Of a DNA stretch of 64,000 nucleotides, positions 63,430 to 64,000 are shown piece by piece. A program made the position numbers and the translations under genes. Source of the stretch: Azolla caroliniana (Eukaryota; Plantae; Polypodiophyta); contig JBHGNT010000003.1 in assembly GCA_043228905.1 (NCBI GenBank), positions 14,260,001 to 14,324,000 on the forward strand, read 5' to 3'. Position 1 is the first letter of the stretch; every line of letters starts with the position of its first letter. Below the pieces are notes generated by a model. The model searched no databases. It was not told the origin of the DNA and saw only the letters and a program-made list of their open reading frames with translations.

Positions 63430-64000
63430 CCTTCCTTCCTTCTCCTTGAGAATCTTGCCAAACGTTATCCTCTCCATGGAGTCAGTTAGCAAGCAAGAGT
63501 ATGTTCGAGTCATCTCTGAACTAGAGCATCTCACAAATAAGATTGTGGCGTTAGAACAAGAGAATCAACGATTGCTTGGAGATTTTGCAACAAGTAAGCA
63601 TAGAAAAGGCACAACAATATGATGAGTTATCGACACGCGTATTGCAACTCGAAACATTGTGATCTCTTCATCAACAAGCTTCAATGCAACAAACCTCTCC
63701 CAAAGAACCGAAGATTTGTTTGCCTGGGAAGTTCTATGGTAATTGATCACAGTTTCGAGGGTTTCTAAACCAAGTACGTCTAGTAATTCATATGCACCCT
63801 AATAGGTATTTGACTAATGTAGCTCAAGTTGGACTAGTTGGGACCCTCCTAACAGGAACTGCATTAGAGTGGTTTGCACCACTGCTAGAAAAGAAGTATC
63901 CTCTTCTCCAAGATTGCGAAGGTTTTGTTAGAGAATTTCAAGCAAACTTTGGAGACACTGATAGTGTTAGAACAACGATTAACAATATTTGAAGACTGCA
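62914..64000 (+). mobile_element. Gypsy element N (Tcn1/Tf1-sushi-like): 5' LTR 62914-63349 and decayed gag, cut by the window end
   Basis: TGTCA..TGACA LTR; no TGG-type tRNA PBS; gag from ATG 63476 with EPKICLPGKFYG..FRGFLNQV..HPNRY..GTLLTGTALEWF, similar to sushi/PEG10-type capsids. Confidence 0.8.

Overview
Land-plant nuclear DNA; the retroelement content suggests a non-seed plant such as a fern or lycophyte (inference). Bases 1338-8070 carry an intact 12-exon, minus-strand gene for chloroplast translation initiation factor IF-2 (1089 aa; all splice sites read from the sequence). From about 1 kb upstream of its ATG to the window end (9064-64000) lies a continuous nest of at least 14 LTR retrotransposons or fragments, most resolved with LTRs, PBS, PPT and target-site duplications (TSDs). 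Nesting: Gypsy G1 > Copia C > Gypsy D > Gypsy E; G1 > Copia F > Copia G; Copia K > Athila-like J > chromovirus L; then Copia M and a Tcn1-like element N. The most striking signal is an unusual non-chromoviral Gypsy lineage (D, E, G1) with tRNA-Trp priming, 4-bp CG-centred TSDs and a covariation-supported -1 frameshift signal placed after the protease. Other signals: a self-priming PBS in N, PPT-enclosing hairpins in two unrelated Copia groups, tRNA-like A/B boxes inside three LTR families, and a near-intact chromovirus with identical LTRs. All alignments and counts were done by eye; no database searches were run.
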